Numbered from the whole stretch's first letter, positions 50,682 through 62,348 are shown. The stretch: DNA of 63,728 nt, filler included, from Octopus bimaculoides (GCF_001194135.2; 9 parts of 7 records of this genome joined end to end with filler, not necessarily neighbours in it); one strand, 5' to 3'. A program made the numbers and translations. The notes: generated from the sequence alone by a model not told the origin.

Positions 50682-52187
50682 AATACATAGATAAATAGAG
50701 AAAGGAACAGAATGAAAGAGGAAGATAGTGAGTAACAGATGCACAACAAAACACTAGAGTATGTGTTTGTGTGATGTATGCATATGTGTGTATATATATA
50801 CATACATACATCGAAGGATTAGCTGACAGAATATAATATTTAATATACAATTTAAATAGATGAGAATTATGCCTAAATCTGTTTCGAAAAATAGCGACAG
50901 ATGTTTTCCATGGAAATTGCTTCTCAAGCAAACTGGATGCTAACCACGACTGCTTTATGATAAATGAAACACAAACGTCAAAGTATACGCACATTATATC
51001 TCCACACCATAATACACACATAGATTTGCATAGCTAGTTAGCTAGATAGATAGATATGTTGAAAGAGGGATATAAAGATTGTTGTACAGACATATATATT
51101 TATCTTTATATATATTTATATTTGATTATGAATGATATCTTACTTTTAATTTTAATATAGGACATTTTTGCCGCGGTGTATATTCCAAGCGTTAGATATG
51201 GTAGAATACAATCAGATCACGTAGAATATAATTAATATTATTGTAGTCTACTGATATAAAAATATATATCTGAACGCACAAAGATCAATATATATATACA
51301 TCAAAATATATCTTCGTTTATCCCAGTTTTCTAGTTAGAAAAAAAGAACAATATTAAATGAATCGTTGATAAATGAATAATATAACGTGCACGAAAAATA
51401 AATATATTTCAAGACACGAAACTGTCCTGAGAATCCGGCGGGTCTGGTAGTCAGATACGTTGAATGCATTAGAAAAAACGTGCGGAAAAAATTATTTCAC
51501 ACAGAGATACGAACGGGTCCTTTACGAAATATTTACCTACTTTTTAATAATTAAAATATTGTCTGTTTCAAGAAAGCTGAAATATAAATACTCACTGTAC
51601 AAACAATTTATATTTTTTATGTCATTTTCACTTTTTTAAAATTTGCCAACAAAAATTTTTGTAATAGTATTCACTTGAAAATAATTTTTAAAAAATTAGA
51701 ATATTGCCTGTTTCAAGAATGCTAGATATAAATACTTACTTTACAAACAACCTGTATTTTTGAAATCACATTCACTTAAAAATATTTCTAAATGATTAAA
51801 ATACTGTGTTTAACAAAAGCGAAAATAGAAACATTTACTGTAAGACTTTTGCCCAGGTCGTGAAGCTTATCTTCAAAATACAAAAGGTATTGATCATAAT
51901 CGAAAGGCTAGAGTTTCTTCCCTTACAGGGTTATGTTATTTTCGGAGTATTTTCTCATTATGCATTGTTTTGGATATTCATGTATACCCCCCAAAACCCC
52001 ATATCTCAGGAATCCTTAGTCCGATTTACTCCAAAGTTATATTATTTCGTTTCTATTCACATTTCAGAGTTACCTTAATTCATAATATTTTCCTATTAAA
52101 GGCCAGTTTGGTTGTGTTAAATGACAGACAAGCAGGCAATGAGAGAATGTTAGTAGTATATAGATATATACGACGCGCTTCTGCTTT

Positions 52188-52330
52188 GTTTCCTTCCAAA
52201 ATATTCACTCACAAACCTTTGGTTGACGCGGGACTATAGTAGCAGACACTTGCCCATGGTGCCGTGAATTGGGACTGAACCCAAAACCATGTGAACGCAG
52301 AGAAAGCTTGTTAACTACACAGCCATGCCT
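52188..52330 (-). mobile_element. SINE family A, 5' half
   Basis: CACTCACAAACCTTTGGT..CTATAGTAGCAGACACTTGCCCATGGTGCC..GGGACTGAACCC..ACACAGCCATGCC. Confidence 0.8.
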
Positions 52331-53970
52331 ACACTTATAGATAAAAATCAAACCTTCCTTTACATCGACAGGACCTGCTTTATAAACGGGGGTTTTCACG
52401 CCAATGTAAAGCGTAAACGTTCTTGAATCGTCAACTTTTTAGCATCGTATTTCACAGTCAACTTTATACACCTGTTTTCGTCTATTCTTTCCTTCAAATC
52501 TTTCAATTGTCATTGGTTGTTCACCTTTAATAGAACAATTTTTATCAATTTTCGCCTATTTTTTTTCATCTAGAATTAAACATTTCATATCATTTTAAGT
52601 TTATATTTGAAGTTGAATCATCAGCTCTGCAGAGGATAATTTCTTTTTTTATAATTTGAATTGTTAAAAATGTTTATTGAAATATTTTTATCTTTAATTA
52701 TTCATTCATTTATTTATTTCGGCTACTACTCATGATTTGTACTAAAATAGCAAATAGAGAACAGACACTTTCTTTTTATTTTCTATATAATAACACTAAT
52801 AATAATAATAATAATAATTTAGTATCATAAACTTCTTTTTCCTTTTCCTACTTGGAAATTATCGGTCTTAATCACATAGGTCTCGTTCATAAAGAGAAAG
52901 AGATAGCTTAGACCATCAAAGGTATATATATATATATATATNNNNNNNNNNNNNNNNNNNNNNNNNNNNNNNNNNNNNNNNNNNNTTAATTAATTAANNN
53001 NNNNNNNNNNNNNNNNNNNNNNNNNNNNNNNNNNNNNNNNNTTGCAGAAAATAAAGAAATAACAGTAATAACGTCAGGGAAAAATAAATATAGCTTAAGG
53101 TATTTTCGCGCCGGACATCCCAAAATGCGTCTGAATAAACATTGCCGGACAGCAAATAGAGACTGGGACATTGCTTAGAAAATATTTTTTCATTTTTAAC
53201 CTCGTATATAATACGCACAAAAGGGATTTTGACATTAGTGAATGTAGTCCTAGATACACTGTGTATATGTTAAATGAACATTAAAATTATGATGATGTTG
53301 TATTGCCAGAATTTGTGTTCCAGCATGGCTGTGGGGTGACGGGGAGAAGGTTCTCTGGGCTTTTTTTNNNNNNNNNNNNNNNNNNNNNNNNNNNNNNNNN
53401 NNNNNNNNNNNNNNNNNNNNNNNNNNNNNNNNNNNNNNNNNNNNNNNNNNNNNNNNNNNNNNNNNNNNNNNNNNNNNNNNNNNNNNNNNNNNNNNNNNNN
53501 NNNNNNNNNNNNNNNNNNNNNNNNNNNNNNNNNNNNNNNNNNNNNNNNNNNNNNNNNNNNNNNNNNNNNNNNNNNNNNNNNNNNNNNNNNNNNNNNNNNN
53601 NNNNNNNNNNNNNNNNNNNNNNNNNNNNNNNNNNNNNNNNNNNNNNNNNNNNNNNNNNNNNNNNNNNNNNNNNNNNNNNNNNNNNNNNNNNNNNNNNNNN
53701 NNNNNNNNNNNNNNNNNNNNNNNNNNNNNNNNNNNNNNNNNNNNNNNNNNNNNNNNNNNNNNNNNNNNNNNNNNNNNNNNNNNNNNNNNNNNNNNNNNNN
53801 NNNNNNNNNNNNNNNNNNNNNNNNNNNNNNNNNNNNNNNNNNNNNNNNNNNNNNNNNNNNNNNNNNNNNNNNNNNNNNNNNNNNNNNNNNNNNNNNNNNN
53901 NNNNNNNNNNNNNNNNNNNNNNNNNNNNNNNNNNNNNNNNNNNNNNNNNNNNNNNNNNNNNNNNNNNNNN

Positions 53971-54045
53971 TTAAAAAACATAAAAAACTCTTGAGGTTGG
54001 TGCCCCAGCATGGCCACAGTCCAACTGAAACAAGTAAAAAAAAAT
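53971..54045 (+). mobile_element. SINE family A 3' tail
   Basis: GGTGCCCCAGCATGGCCACAGTC..CTGAAACAAGTAAAA. Confidence 0.75.
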
Positions 54046-54074
54046 AGTAAATATATCTGTATTCCCTCTTCCAG

Positions 54075-54137
54075 TTTGTGAACTTAGTGAAGTAGAATAT
54101 GGCCAAATCATGGCTCAAGAATTTGACCCTGTTGCAG
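54075..54137 (+). CDS. Candidate 63-nt symmetric (phase 1-1) coding exon xCELSEVEYGQIMAQEFDPVA
   Basis: Acceptor ctgtattccctcttccag|, donor CAG|gtacca, length 63, only one frame open, non-repetitive sequence between two SINEs. Confidence 0.45.
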
Positions 54138-54194
54138 GTACCATGTTACTTCATGGGACATAGTTGTTGGTTAGGACGTCTCCCGGTGTTTATA

Positions 54195-54237
<43 letters not shown>

Positions 54238-54257
54238 TCACACACACATACATAGAC

Positions 54258-54405
54258 ATGATGGGCTTCATTCAATTTCTGATACCAAATCCATTCACAA
54301 GGCTTTTGTTTGTCTGAGGCTATAGTAGAAGACACTTTCCCAAGCTGCCATGCAGTGGGACTGAACCTGGAACCATGGGTTTGGGAAGCAAAGCCACCCT
54401 GCATG
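54258..54405 (-). mobile_element. SINE family A, 5' half
   Basis: ACCAAATCCATTCACAAGGCTT..GAGGCTATAGTAGAAGACACTT..GCAGTGGGACTGAACCTGGAACCATG. Confidence 0.85.
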
Positions 54406-54574
54406 TATACCTTGCTATCTGTTTATATATATATGTGTGTGTGTGTTTGTATCTCTTTGTCTTGGCATTGTGCAATAGTTGTACACGGGTGTCACAGTGG
54501 GATTCTCGATGTGCCATTTTCTTTGGGAATGTGTCCAGAAACAAGGCAAGGATTTACCTTGCTTGGACACAAAT

Positions 54575-54715
54575 GCGGGGTTGGTGGCAGGATGAGCACC
54601 CAGCTGTAGCAAATCTGCTCCAAATACATTCCGTCTGATCCACTTTCTCATGCAAGCTTGGAAAGGTGACTGCTGAAGTAATTGATGACATTGACGATGA
54701 TGATGATGATGGCTT
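54575..54715 (+). mobile_element. Repeat family D 3' part with (GAT)n tail
   Basis: CAGGATGAGCACCCAGCTGTAG..CATGCAAGCTTGGAAAG..GATGATGATG. Confidence 0.5.
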
Positions 54716-54789
54716 CAATGATTTTCACGTGCACCCACATGAAAAGAGGATCATGTAGAGGGTTGCTGAAGTCTCAGAAAAAAAAGTCA

Positions 54790-54930
54790 CTATGCAATCA
54801 GCCATTTGACTGGCTAGAAATAGCAGCTAATCCTGCCTCGAGTCAACTCGCGCATCATGGTGTTACTGTTTCAAAAAAAAAAAAAAGGGGAAGGTTTGCG
54901 TTGGATAATGTAGTCCTAGATACACTGTGA
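54790..54930 (+). mobile_element. Repeat family E
   Basis: GACTGGCTAGAAATAGCAGCTAATC..TTGGATAATGTAGTCCTAGATACACT (motif also near 25950 and 53245). Confidence 0.6.
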
Positions 54931-55419
54931 CTGAATATTAAAACAAAAAAAAACAAAAAAGATGAGCTGATCACTCAACTCCAGTCCGCCATCACCGCTT
55001 ACCCTCTCTCTCTCTCTCTCTCCTGTCCGTCCCCGTCCCCATCATGACACCCCTCCCCCTCACTTTCACTTTATCAACCCAAACAGTTTTGTGCAGAGTA
55101 AACTCTGACCTACATTCTTCTTGTACTTTCTGACAGTGGAGGGGGGGGGGAGAGACTGGTGGTGGTGGTGGTGGTGGTGGCGACGGTGGGGGGGTTGCAG
55201 TTGTGGGCGGTGGTGATGGTGATTATGATGATGATGATGATGATGGCATTTATTAAATTGGTATTTTCTTTTTCCTATCATCAGCATCTTTGCTGCTGCT
55301 GCTACTACTACCACTACTGCTACCAACCACCACCACCACTACTACCATTACCACCGTTATTTCAGTATTCTTTAGAATCAAACTAGTTTCTTTAGCCATC
55401 CCCCGTTTTAACATTCCCA

Positions 55420-55695
55420 TCTGTCTGTCTGTGTGTCTATCAATCTATCTAACTGTCTGTCTCTCTATCAGTCTTTCTCTTTATCTATTTGTCTGTCTAT
55501 CAATCTGTCTGTTTGTCCTATCTGTCTATCTACCTATCTATCTGTCTATCTATTTATCTGTCTATCTATGTCTCTCTATTTATCGGTCTGTGTCTATCTG
55601 TCTGTCTCTCTATCTATATCTATCTATCTACCTACCTACCTACCTACTTATCCATCTATCTGTCTATTTATCTGTCTGTCTATCTATCTATCTAA

Positions 55696-55726
<31 letters not shown>

Positions 55727-55760
55727 CTTGTCTATCTATCTAACTAGATTAAATTAATGT
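55420..55760. repeat. (TCTA/TCTG/CCTA)n microsatellite
   Basis: Direct reading. Confidence 0.95.
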
Positions 55761-55806
55761 CTGCCTATCTGTTTAATCCTTTTATCTGTGTGTCTAACTA
55801 TCAACC

Positions 55807-55838
<32 letters not shown>

Positions 55839-55876
55839 TAACTGATCTATAATCTCTTATATATATATATGACAGA

Positions 55877-56213
55877 CAGGGCTGTTGCTAAGCCCCTGCG
55901 ATCACAAGGGGCCCCTGCAGTTGAAGGACTCCCATGTTAAGATCAAAGTACGTCGATGAGTCATCTACTTACTTTGGTTAAGATGTTGAACAAGAATTAA
56001 AACTCTTTGTAATAGACCTAAATAAGTTTTTAACTTGTTGTACTTTTAAAGATGTTCCTTTAGGATAACGTGAAATATTGAACTTCAGACAGAATAAAGT
56101 AAAATATAAATACGAATAAAAGGTGCGTAGATTATGGATCTTCATTGAAGGGATAGGGGCCTCGAAACAAAAAAAGTTGCAAGGGGGCCTCTAAAAGTCA
56201 CACGACAGAGCTG
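55877..56213. mobile_element. hAT-superfamily MITE with 8-bp TSD
   Basis: CAGGGCTGTTGC / CGACAGAGCTG imperfect TIRs; flanks ATGACAGA (55869-55876) and ATGACAGG (56214-56221). Confidence 0.75.
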
Positions 56214-56324
56214 ATGACAGGCTTCNNNNNNNNNNNNNNNNNNNNNNNNNNNNNNNNNNNNNNNNNNNNTTAATTAATTAANNNNNNNNNNNNNNNNNNN
56301 NNNNNNNNNNNNNNNNNNNNNNNN

Positions 56325-56481
56325 NGTATGCATATATACGTGCAGATTCGTATGTTTTGTTTTATGTATGTATTCTCATGCATATAGTTGCATATCCAGA
56401 CATGCCCATATATACTTAAATGATAAACTCCCGGAAAGTTTTACAGATGTATGTATGTATGTATGTATGTACGTATGTACG

Positions 56482-56515
<34 letters not shown>

Positions 56516-56830
56516 TGTATGTATGTCATTCTACAGTTTTATTTCAAGATTTCTTACCAATAGAGAAAGAACCGGTTTCTAACCTAGATTGAAGGCTCCT
56601 TCATTGGAAATTCAACATCAACAACAGGATATTTTTGTATGTATGTATATGTGAGGATTTGTATGTTTTGCTTTATGTATGTATTTTCATGCATATAGTT
56701 CCATATTTAGACATGCTCGTATATATCTAAATGATAAACTTCTGGAAACTTTTACAGATTTTTATAGTTCCAGTGACGTATTGAATCTGTAGTCTTCGAA
56801 ATGACTTTCTCCTTTCTGGTTTTGAGAAGC
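56325..56830. repeat. Repeat with about 125-bp diverged internal duplication
   Basis: 56325-56450 and 56635-56760 share GTATGTTTTG..CATGCATATAGTT..AAATGATAAACT..TTTTACAGAT. Confidence 0.7.
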
Positions 56831-57054
56831 CTTATTTATCCAGATTGGCATTTATGCAATATGTTATATATCCAGGGCCCCAATAATTACAGGTAATGAC
56901 ATTATTATTTACTTTTACTTATTTCGATTCACCATTAAAATAATTTAAATAAACTGATAAGCTTGTCCTGCCTCGATTTTGTTTTCCTCTTCCTTTAATC
57001 TACACACACACATATATATATATATCTGTAAAAATATGTGACACTTATTCAGTA

Positions 57055-57120
57055 GCCATGATAAAACTCCGTGTTTCGGATGCCGGGGTGGGCATCCGAA
57101 ACTCGGAGTTTTATCATGGC
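57055..57120. repeat. 30-bp-arm palindrome with 6-nt loop
   Basis: GCCATGATAAAACTCCGTGTTTCGGATGCC-GGGGTG-GGCATCCGAAACTCGGAGTTTTATCATGGC, one mismatch. Confidence 0.9.
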
Positions 57121-57949
57121 ACATATTTTTACAGATAAATTCCTCTATTCGCATAATATTGAGGTCTCTTTCTTTCTTTTGTTTTCCTTTCTGTCAAATA
57201 TATATATATANNNNNNNNNNNNNNNNNNNNNNNNNNNNNNNNNNNNNNNNNNNNNNNNNNNNNNNNNNNNNNNNNNNNNNNNNNNNNNNNNNNNNNNNNN
57301 NNNNNNNNNNNNNNNNNNNNNNNNNNNNNNNNNNNNNNNNNNNNNNNNNNNNNNNNNNNNNNNNNNNNNNNNNNNNNNNNNNNNNNNNNNNNNNNNNNNN
57401 NNNNNNNNNNNNNNNNNNNNNNNNNNNNNNNNNNNNNNNNNNNNNNNNNNNNNNNNNNNNNNNNNNNNNNNNNNNNNNNNNNNNNNNNNNNNNNNNNNNN
57501 NNNNNNNNNNNNNNNNNNNNNNNNNNNNNNNNNNNNNNNNNNNNNNNNNNNNNNNNNNNNNNNNNNNNNNNNNNNNNNNNNNNNNNNNNNNNNNNNNNNN
57601 NNNNNNNNNNNNNNNNNNNNNNNNNNNNNNNNNNNNNNNNNNNNNNNNNNNNNNNNNNNNNNNNNNNNNNNNNNNNNNNNNNNNNNNNNNNNNNNNNNNN
57701 NNNNAAAATCATCTCTGGCTAATCGTTGAGAGGATGTTAGTGTTGCCTTGGAGGAGGTTTCCGCTTTCTGAGTGCTCTTGTATTTCATTTTCCATTTTTA
57801 TTCAATTTTTTTCTTATTTTTGTTAATTCTTTTAAAGATAGACTCGTGTTGCAATATTGTTACAACATGGACAAAATGTAAAGACTGTCGTAGGATACAT
57901 GGGGCCGGGTACTCACTTTCTTTAGCAATTAATTGATCGAGTACAGTAA

Positions 57950-58080
57950 TTTACAGTTAAGTGGAATGCAGTAAAGTAAAATGAACTGCACACGACACAC
58001 CACCAGGTCCAGTCCAGGAATCGGAGCCACGATTTTGCGATCGTGAGTACAACGCCCTGACCACTAGACCATGCGCCTTC
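57950..58080 (-). mobile_element. SINE family C (tRNA-like head)
   Basis: Reverse complement GAAGGCGCATGGTCTAGTGGTCAGGGCGTTGTACTCACGATCGC..CGATTCCTGGA. Confidence 0.7.
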
Positions 58081-58520
58081 ACCTTGCAAGTCGTATGTTG
58101 TGCAACACAGAAACTTCATGAAGAACTGAAATAATAAAGATTATTTACACTTATTTGTAGCTATACATCACTGCTGCTGAATAAGTGATTCCACATATCT
58201 ACACATCACGCATTGAGTTCTAATTCGATAAATATGCTGGCCCACTTTAAGTTAGAATCAGTTTTGTCATATACGGTATGCATTCATACATACATACATA
58301 CATACATACATACATACTTACATACATACATATATATATGTATATATATACCCGTATATCTGTATGAATACATATATATTTGTATACATAACTATGTGTA
58401 TATATATGTATGTATAAATATGTATATATAATATATATGTGCATAAATATTTGTATATAATATATATATATAAACACATATATATATATATACATGTATA
58501 TATATATATGTATGTATCGA

Positions 58521-58552
<32 letters not shown>

Positions 58553-58715
58553 NNNNNNNNNNNNNNNNNNNNNNNNNNNNNNNNNNNNNNNNNNNNTTAA
58601 TTAATTAANNNNNNNNNNNNNNNNNNNNNNNNNNNNNNNNNNNNNNNNNNNNGTAATTTGTCCATTTTCTGTATTTAGCCCTGTGTGGCTATAATAAAAA
58701 GATATCTGTGTGTGT

Positions 58716-58769
<54 letters not shown>

Positions 58770-59120
58770 ATGTATGTATGTATATATTTGTCTGTCTGTC
58801 ACTCTATTTATCTATCACTGCTTTACTTCAAGTTCTCACCTAATACACTAATAACCTAGACAACTCATTGGCACTGTCCAGCTCAATTTTCCCCATTCAC
58901 TCATTAGCGAAAAATAGTTGAATGACAATTTTCTTAGAATCAGTTTTGCATTCCTCAACTGCTTCACGTACCAAATTTACTCTTTCGAAACAACACATCA
59001 GAAAATGGCAATGTGCTCTATGATAGTAGATAATGTTATAAACTTGCATATGTTTTGCTCTATTTTAAATATTGTTTTACTTACTTTTCCTTAATTCTTT
59101 CTTGCGTGTATACCTATACA

Positions 59121-59526
59121 GGCGCAGGAGTGGTTGTGTGGTAAGTGGGTTGCTTACCAACCACATGGTTCCGGGTTCAGTTCTACTGCGTGGCACCTTG
59201 GGCAAGTGTCTTCTACTATAGCCTCGGACCGACCAAAGCCTTGTGAGTGGATTTGGTAGACGGAAACTGAAAGACGGCGAGCTGGTAGAAATGTTAGCAT
59301 GCCGAGCGAAATGCTTAGCAGTATTTTCGTCTGCCGTTACGTTCTGAGTTTAAATTCCGCCGAGGTCGACTTTGCCTTTCACCCTTTCGGGGTTGATTAA
59401 ATAAATACCAGTTACGCACTGGGGTCGATGTAATCGACTTAATCCGTTTGTCTGTCCTTGTTTGCCTCCTCTATGTTTAGCCCCTTGTGGGCAGTAAAGA
59501 AATAAGAAACTGAAAGATGCCCGTCT
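59121..59526 (+). mobile_element. SINE family A (young copy) interrupted by a family B insertion
   Basis: GGCGCAGGAGTGGTTGTGTGGTAAG..GGTAGACGGAAACTGAAAGA | insert | GAAACTGAAAGATGCCCGTC. Confidence 0.9.
59275..59505 (+). mobile_element. SINE family B nested in SINE A, with TSD
   Basis: Full head to AAAGAAATAA tail; flanked by GAAACTGAAAGA at 59263-59274 and 59506-59517. Confidence 0.92.
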
Positions 59527-59654
59527 TNNNNNNNNNNNNNNNNNNNNNNNNNNNNNNNNNNNNNNNNNNNNNNNNNNNNNNNNNNNNNNNNNNNNNNNNN
59601 NNNNNNNNNNNNNNNNNNNNNNNNNNNNNNNNNNNNNNTATATATATATATATA

Positions 59655-60032
59655 TTTAAGGTATTTTTTGCCGAACCGCTAAGTTATGGGTACGTAAATA
59701 CACCATCATCGGTTGTTAAGTGATGGTGGGGGGAACAAACACAAATACGTGCATATGCATATTCATATACATACATATATATTCTTTTTATTTCTTTTTT
59801 ATTTCTCTTTTGCCGAACCACTAAGTTACGGGGACCTAAACAAACACAGACATACAAGCATATATATCCTTATATACGACGGGCTTCTTTCAGTTTCCGT
59901 CTACCAAATCCACTCACAAGGCTTTGGTCGGCCCGAGGCTATAGTAGAAGACACTTGCCCAAAGTGCCACGCAGTGGGACTGAACCCGGAACTATGTGGT
60001 TGGTAAACAAGATACTTACCATACAGCCACAC
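59655..60032 (-). mobile_element. SINE family A (central fragment plus a partial second copy)
   Basis: TTTTGCCGAACCGCTAAGTTA twice; GACGGGCTTCTTTCAGTTTCCGTCTACCAAATCC..GTGCCACGCAGTGGGACTGAACCCGG. Confidence 0.9.
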
Positions 60033-60414
60033 ACATATATATATTTTTTTTTTCCAAAGAATGAAAGGTATTACTAATTCTTGGCATTAAAACAGCGGGC
60101 CGTGCACTGACTATTTTGTCGACAACTACTTGTCGAAAAGCTAAGTTACAGGACGTGGAGGGAGAACAAAATAACGCCATTTAAACATAAACACAAACTG
60201 GCGCAGATACAGACACACAAAGTCTGTCGAGTTGGCACTTGTAATTAAGTTGTCAATGACTCACATCAGTAGTACTTAATGCATTGGTGAATCATCGGCT
60301 ATTTCGGCTGAATTGTATTGTATACTAGTTTCTTTCACACGCGCGAGCGTACGCACACCCACACATCCAACGAAACAACCCCCACACACACACACACAGA
60401 TATACATATATACA

Positions 60415-60565
60415 TACAGCTGTACATTATGCAATAAAATGTGCAATTCTTTGACGGGGCTCAAGAGTCATATAAGGGGCCCACACTGCATCGTCAATAA
60501 GTCATTTCAGTGACTCTTTCTAGTAACGCTTTTGTCTTATACAGGAAAGCAGCCACAATGTCTGC
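60415..60565 (+). mobile_element. RTE-like LINE 3' end with C2H2-like motif
   Basis: YSCTLCNKMCNSLTGLKSHIRG shares L-x-GLKSHIR with 29085-29378. Confidence 0.45.
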
Positions 60566-60589
60566 GTATTTATGTATCAATGTAACACG

Positions 60590-60661
60590 TTCTCACGCTG
60601 GGAATGGAACCCGGGCCGCTTGGGTGAAATCCAGCAATATTAATCACTAGACCACATAGGA
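60590..60661 (-). pseudogene. tRNA-Glu(TTC) pseudogene
   Basis: 72 nt TCCTATGTGGTCTAGTGATTAATATTGCTGGATTTCACCCAAGCGGCCCGGGTTCCATTCCCAGCGTGAGAA, colinear with eukaryotic tRNA-Glu-TTC; mismatches in acceptor, anticodon and T stems, B-box GTTCC instead of GTTCG. Confidence 0.8.
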
Positions 60662-60667
60662 ATGCCT

Positions 60668-61072
60668 ATGTAATGTATGTATGTATGTATGTATGTATGT
60701 ATGTGTGTATATATGTGTGTATGTATGTATGTATGTATGTATGTATGTGTGTATATATGTGTGTATGTATGTATGTGTGTATATATGTATGTATGTATGT
60801 ATGAATGCATGTATGTATGTATATATGTATGTGTGTGTATGTATGCATGCGTGTGTGTGTGTATGTATGTATGTTTGTATGTATGTACGTATGTATGTAT
60901 GAATGTACATATGTATGTATGTATGTATTGTATGTATGTATGTATTGTATGTATATATGTATGCATTGTATGTATTGTATCTATGTATGTATGTATGAAT
61001 GTATGTATGTATGTATGTAAGTGTGTATGTATGTATGTATCTATGTATGTATTGTATGTATGTATGTATGTA
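60668..61072. repeat. (ATGT)n microsatellite
   Basis: Direct reading. Confidence 0.95.
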
Positions 61073-61172
61073 NNNNNNNNNNNNNNNNNNNNNNNNNNNN
61101 NNNNNNNNNNNNNNNNTTAATTAATTAANNNNNNNNNNNNNNNNNNNNNNNNNNNNNNNNNNNNNNNNNNNN

Positions 61173-61290
61173 GGTACATCAATGAAAAAGTGAGTAAAGA
61201 ACCTGGCACGAATGGGACCCTGATCAATTTAGATCAGTCTAAAGTTTTCGATAGGATCGACCATCTATACCGAGCGGCGGTCTGTGGTTG
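61173..61290 (+). mobile_element. L1/Tx1-type RT fragment
   Basis: YINEKV..GTLINLDQSKVFDRIDHLY matches the LDQxKAFDRVxH RT motif. Confidence 0.75.
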
Positions 61291-61609
61291 AATGAAATCG
61301 AGCACTGTGGTTCAATGAAATCGACTAGCCCCTACCCCAAAATTTCAAGCCTTATACTTGTAGTAGTAGGAATTATTACTGTTGTTGTTGCTGCTGCTGC
61401 TATTGTTGTTGTTACTAGTATACCCGAGTCGTCAAAAATGCCGACAGTTTCATTAATGATAGAAAATGGCACATCAGCACAATGGGGAAGACCTTTAATA
61501 AATATCAGCAACCTAGTAAATACATATACATACACAGAACTGCAGCACTTGAACAATCAAATACGACAGTAACGTCTCGGTTGAAAATATCACCCACATA
61601 ATGTATGTT

Positions 61610-61647
<38 letters not shown>

Positions 61648-61649
<2 letters not shown>

Positions 61650-61985
61650 GGGGGTTGAACTAGAGACTGGGGCCGTGCTGGAGTATCGCCTTTCAGTGTT
61701 TTGGGGTTTCCTATCGGTACTGTTTTTGGTGAAAAAGCGAGCTGGACGAAGCTGCCCTTCCTTGTGCCTCCTTCCGCGAAGTGGGCTCATCTGAGATTTC
61801 AGATAGAAATTTATCCAGACACTTTTTGAACGTTTCCACATTTACACCTTGCTGATCTCTTAGGTTCCTTGGCTGGGTGTTAAACAGTTTTGGTCCCCTG
61901 AAACCCAAGCTGTAGCAATACTGGGACCTTATCTGAGATAAAGAAGACGGCATCTTTGGTATTATGCAGTGCCGTCCAGTTAGGT
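61648..61985 (-). mobile_element. CR1-like LINE 3' end
   Basis: TGRHCIIPKMP..YSLGFRGPKLFN..VETFKKCLDKFLSEISDEP..RAASSSSLFHQ* plus 3' UTR. Confidence 0.85.
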
Positions 61986-62145
61986 ATTTGATATAGCTTT
62001 TAATTCCAAAGTTGGGAGCTAGACATTATATATATATACATATATATACGCGCGCGCGTGCACACATACACACATATGCACATATACATATATATGTAGA
62101 TACAAATACATATAAGCATACATATATATCAATACATACCTATTT

Positions 62146-62221
62146 ATGAAGGTCTTCTTTCAGTTTCCATCTACCAAATTTACTCGCAAGACTTTAGTCA
62201 GCCCTACTATATTGCAGAAGA

Positions 62222-62258
<37 letters not shown>

Positions 62259-62348
62259 AACACATATACATACATATATACATACGTATATATTCTTTTA
62301 TTCATTATTCTTTTACTTGTTTCAGTCATTTGACTGCGGCCATGCTGG
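62146..62348 (-). mobile_element. SINE family A fragments
   Basis: TTCTTTCAGTTTCCATCTACCAAAT (62155 on) and TTTTACTTGTTTCAGTCATTTGACTGCGGCCATGCTGG (62310 on). Confidence 0.8.

Noticed and set aside
945-58608. Long ORFs containing X runs and YIYI/HTHT/VCVC/IYLS/poly-H or poly-V peptides
   Set aside because: Read-through of N gaps and di-, tri- or tetranucleotide microsatellites; not coding
9817-59505. Recurring conserved SINE motifs as a possible CRISPR-like array
   Set aside because: Dispersed, diverged, both orientations, tRNA-like heads, eukaryotic context, no cas genes
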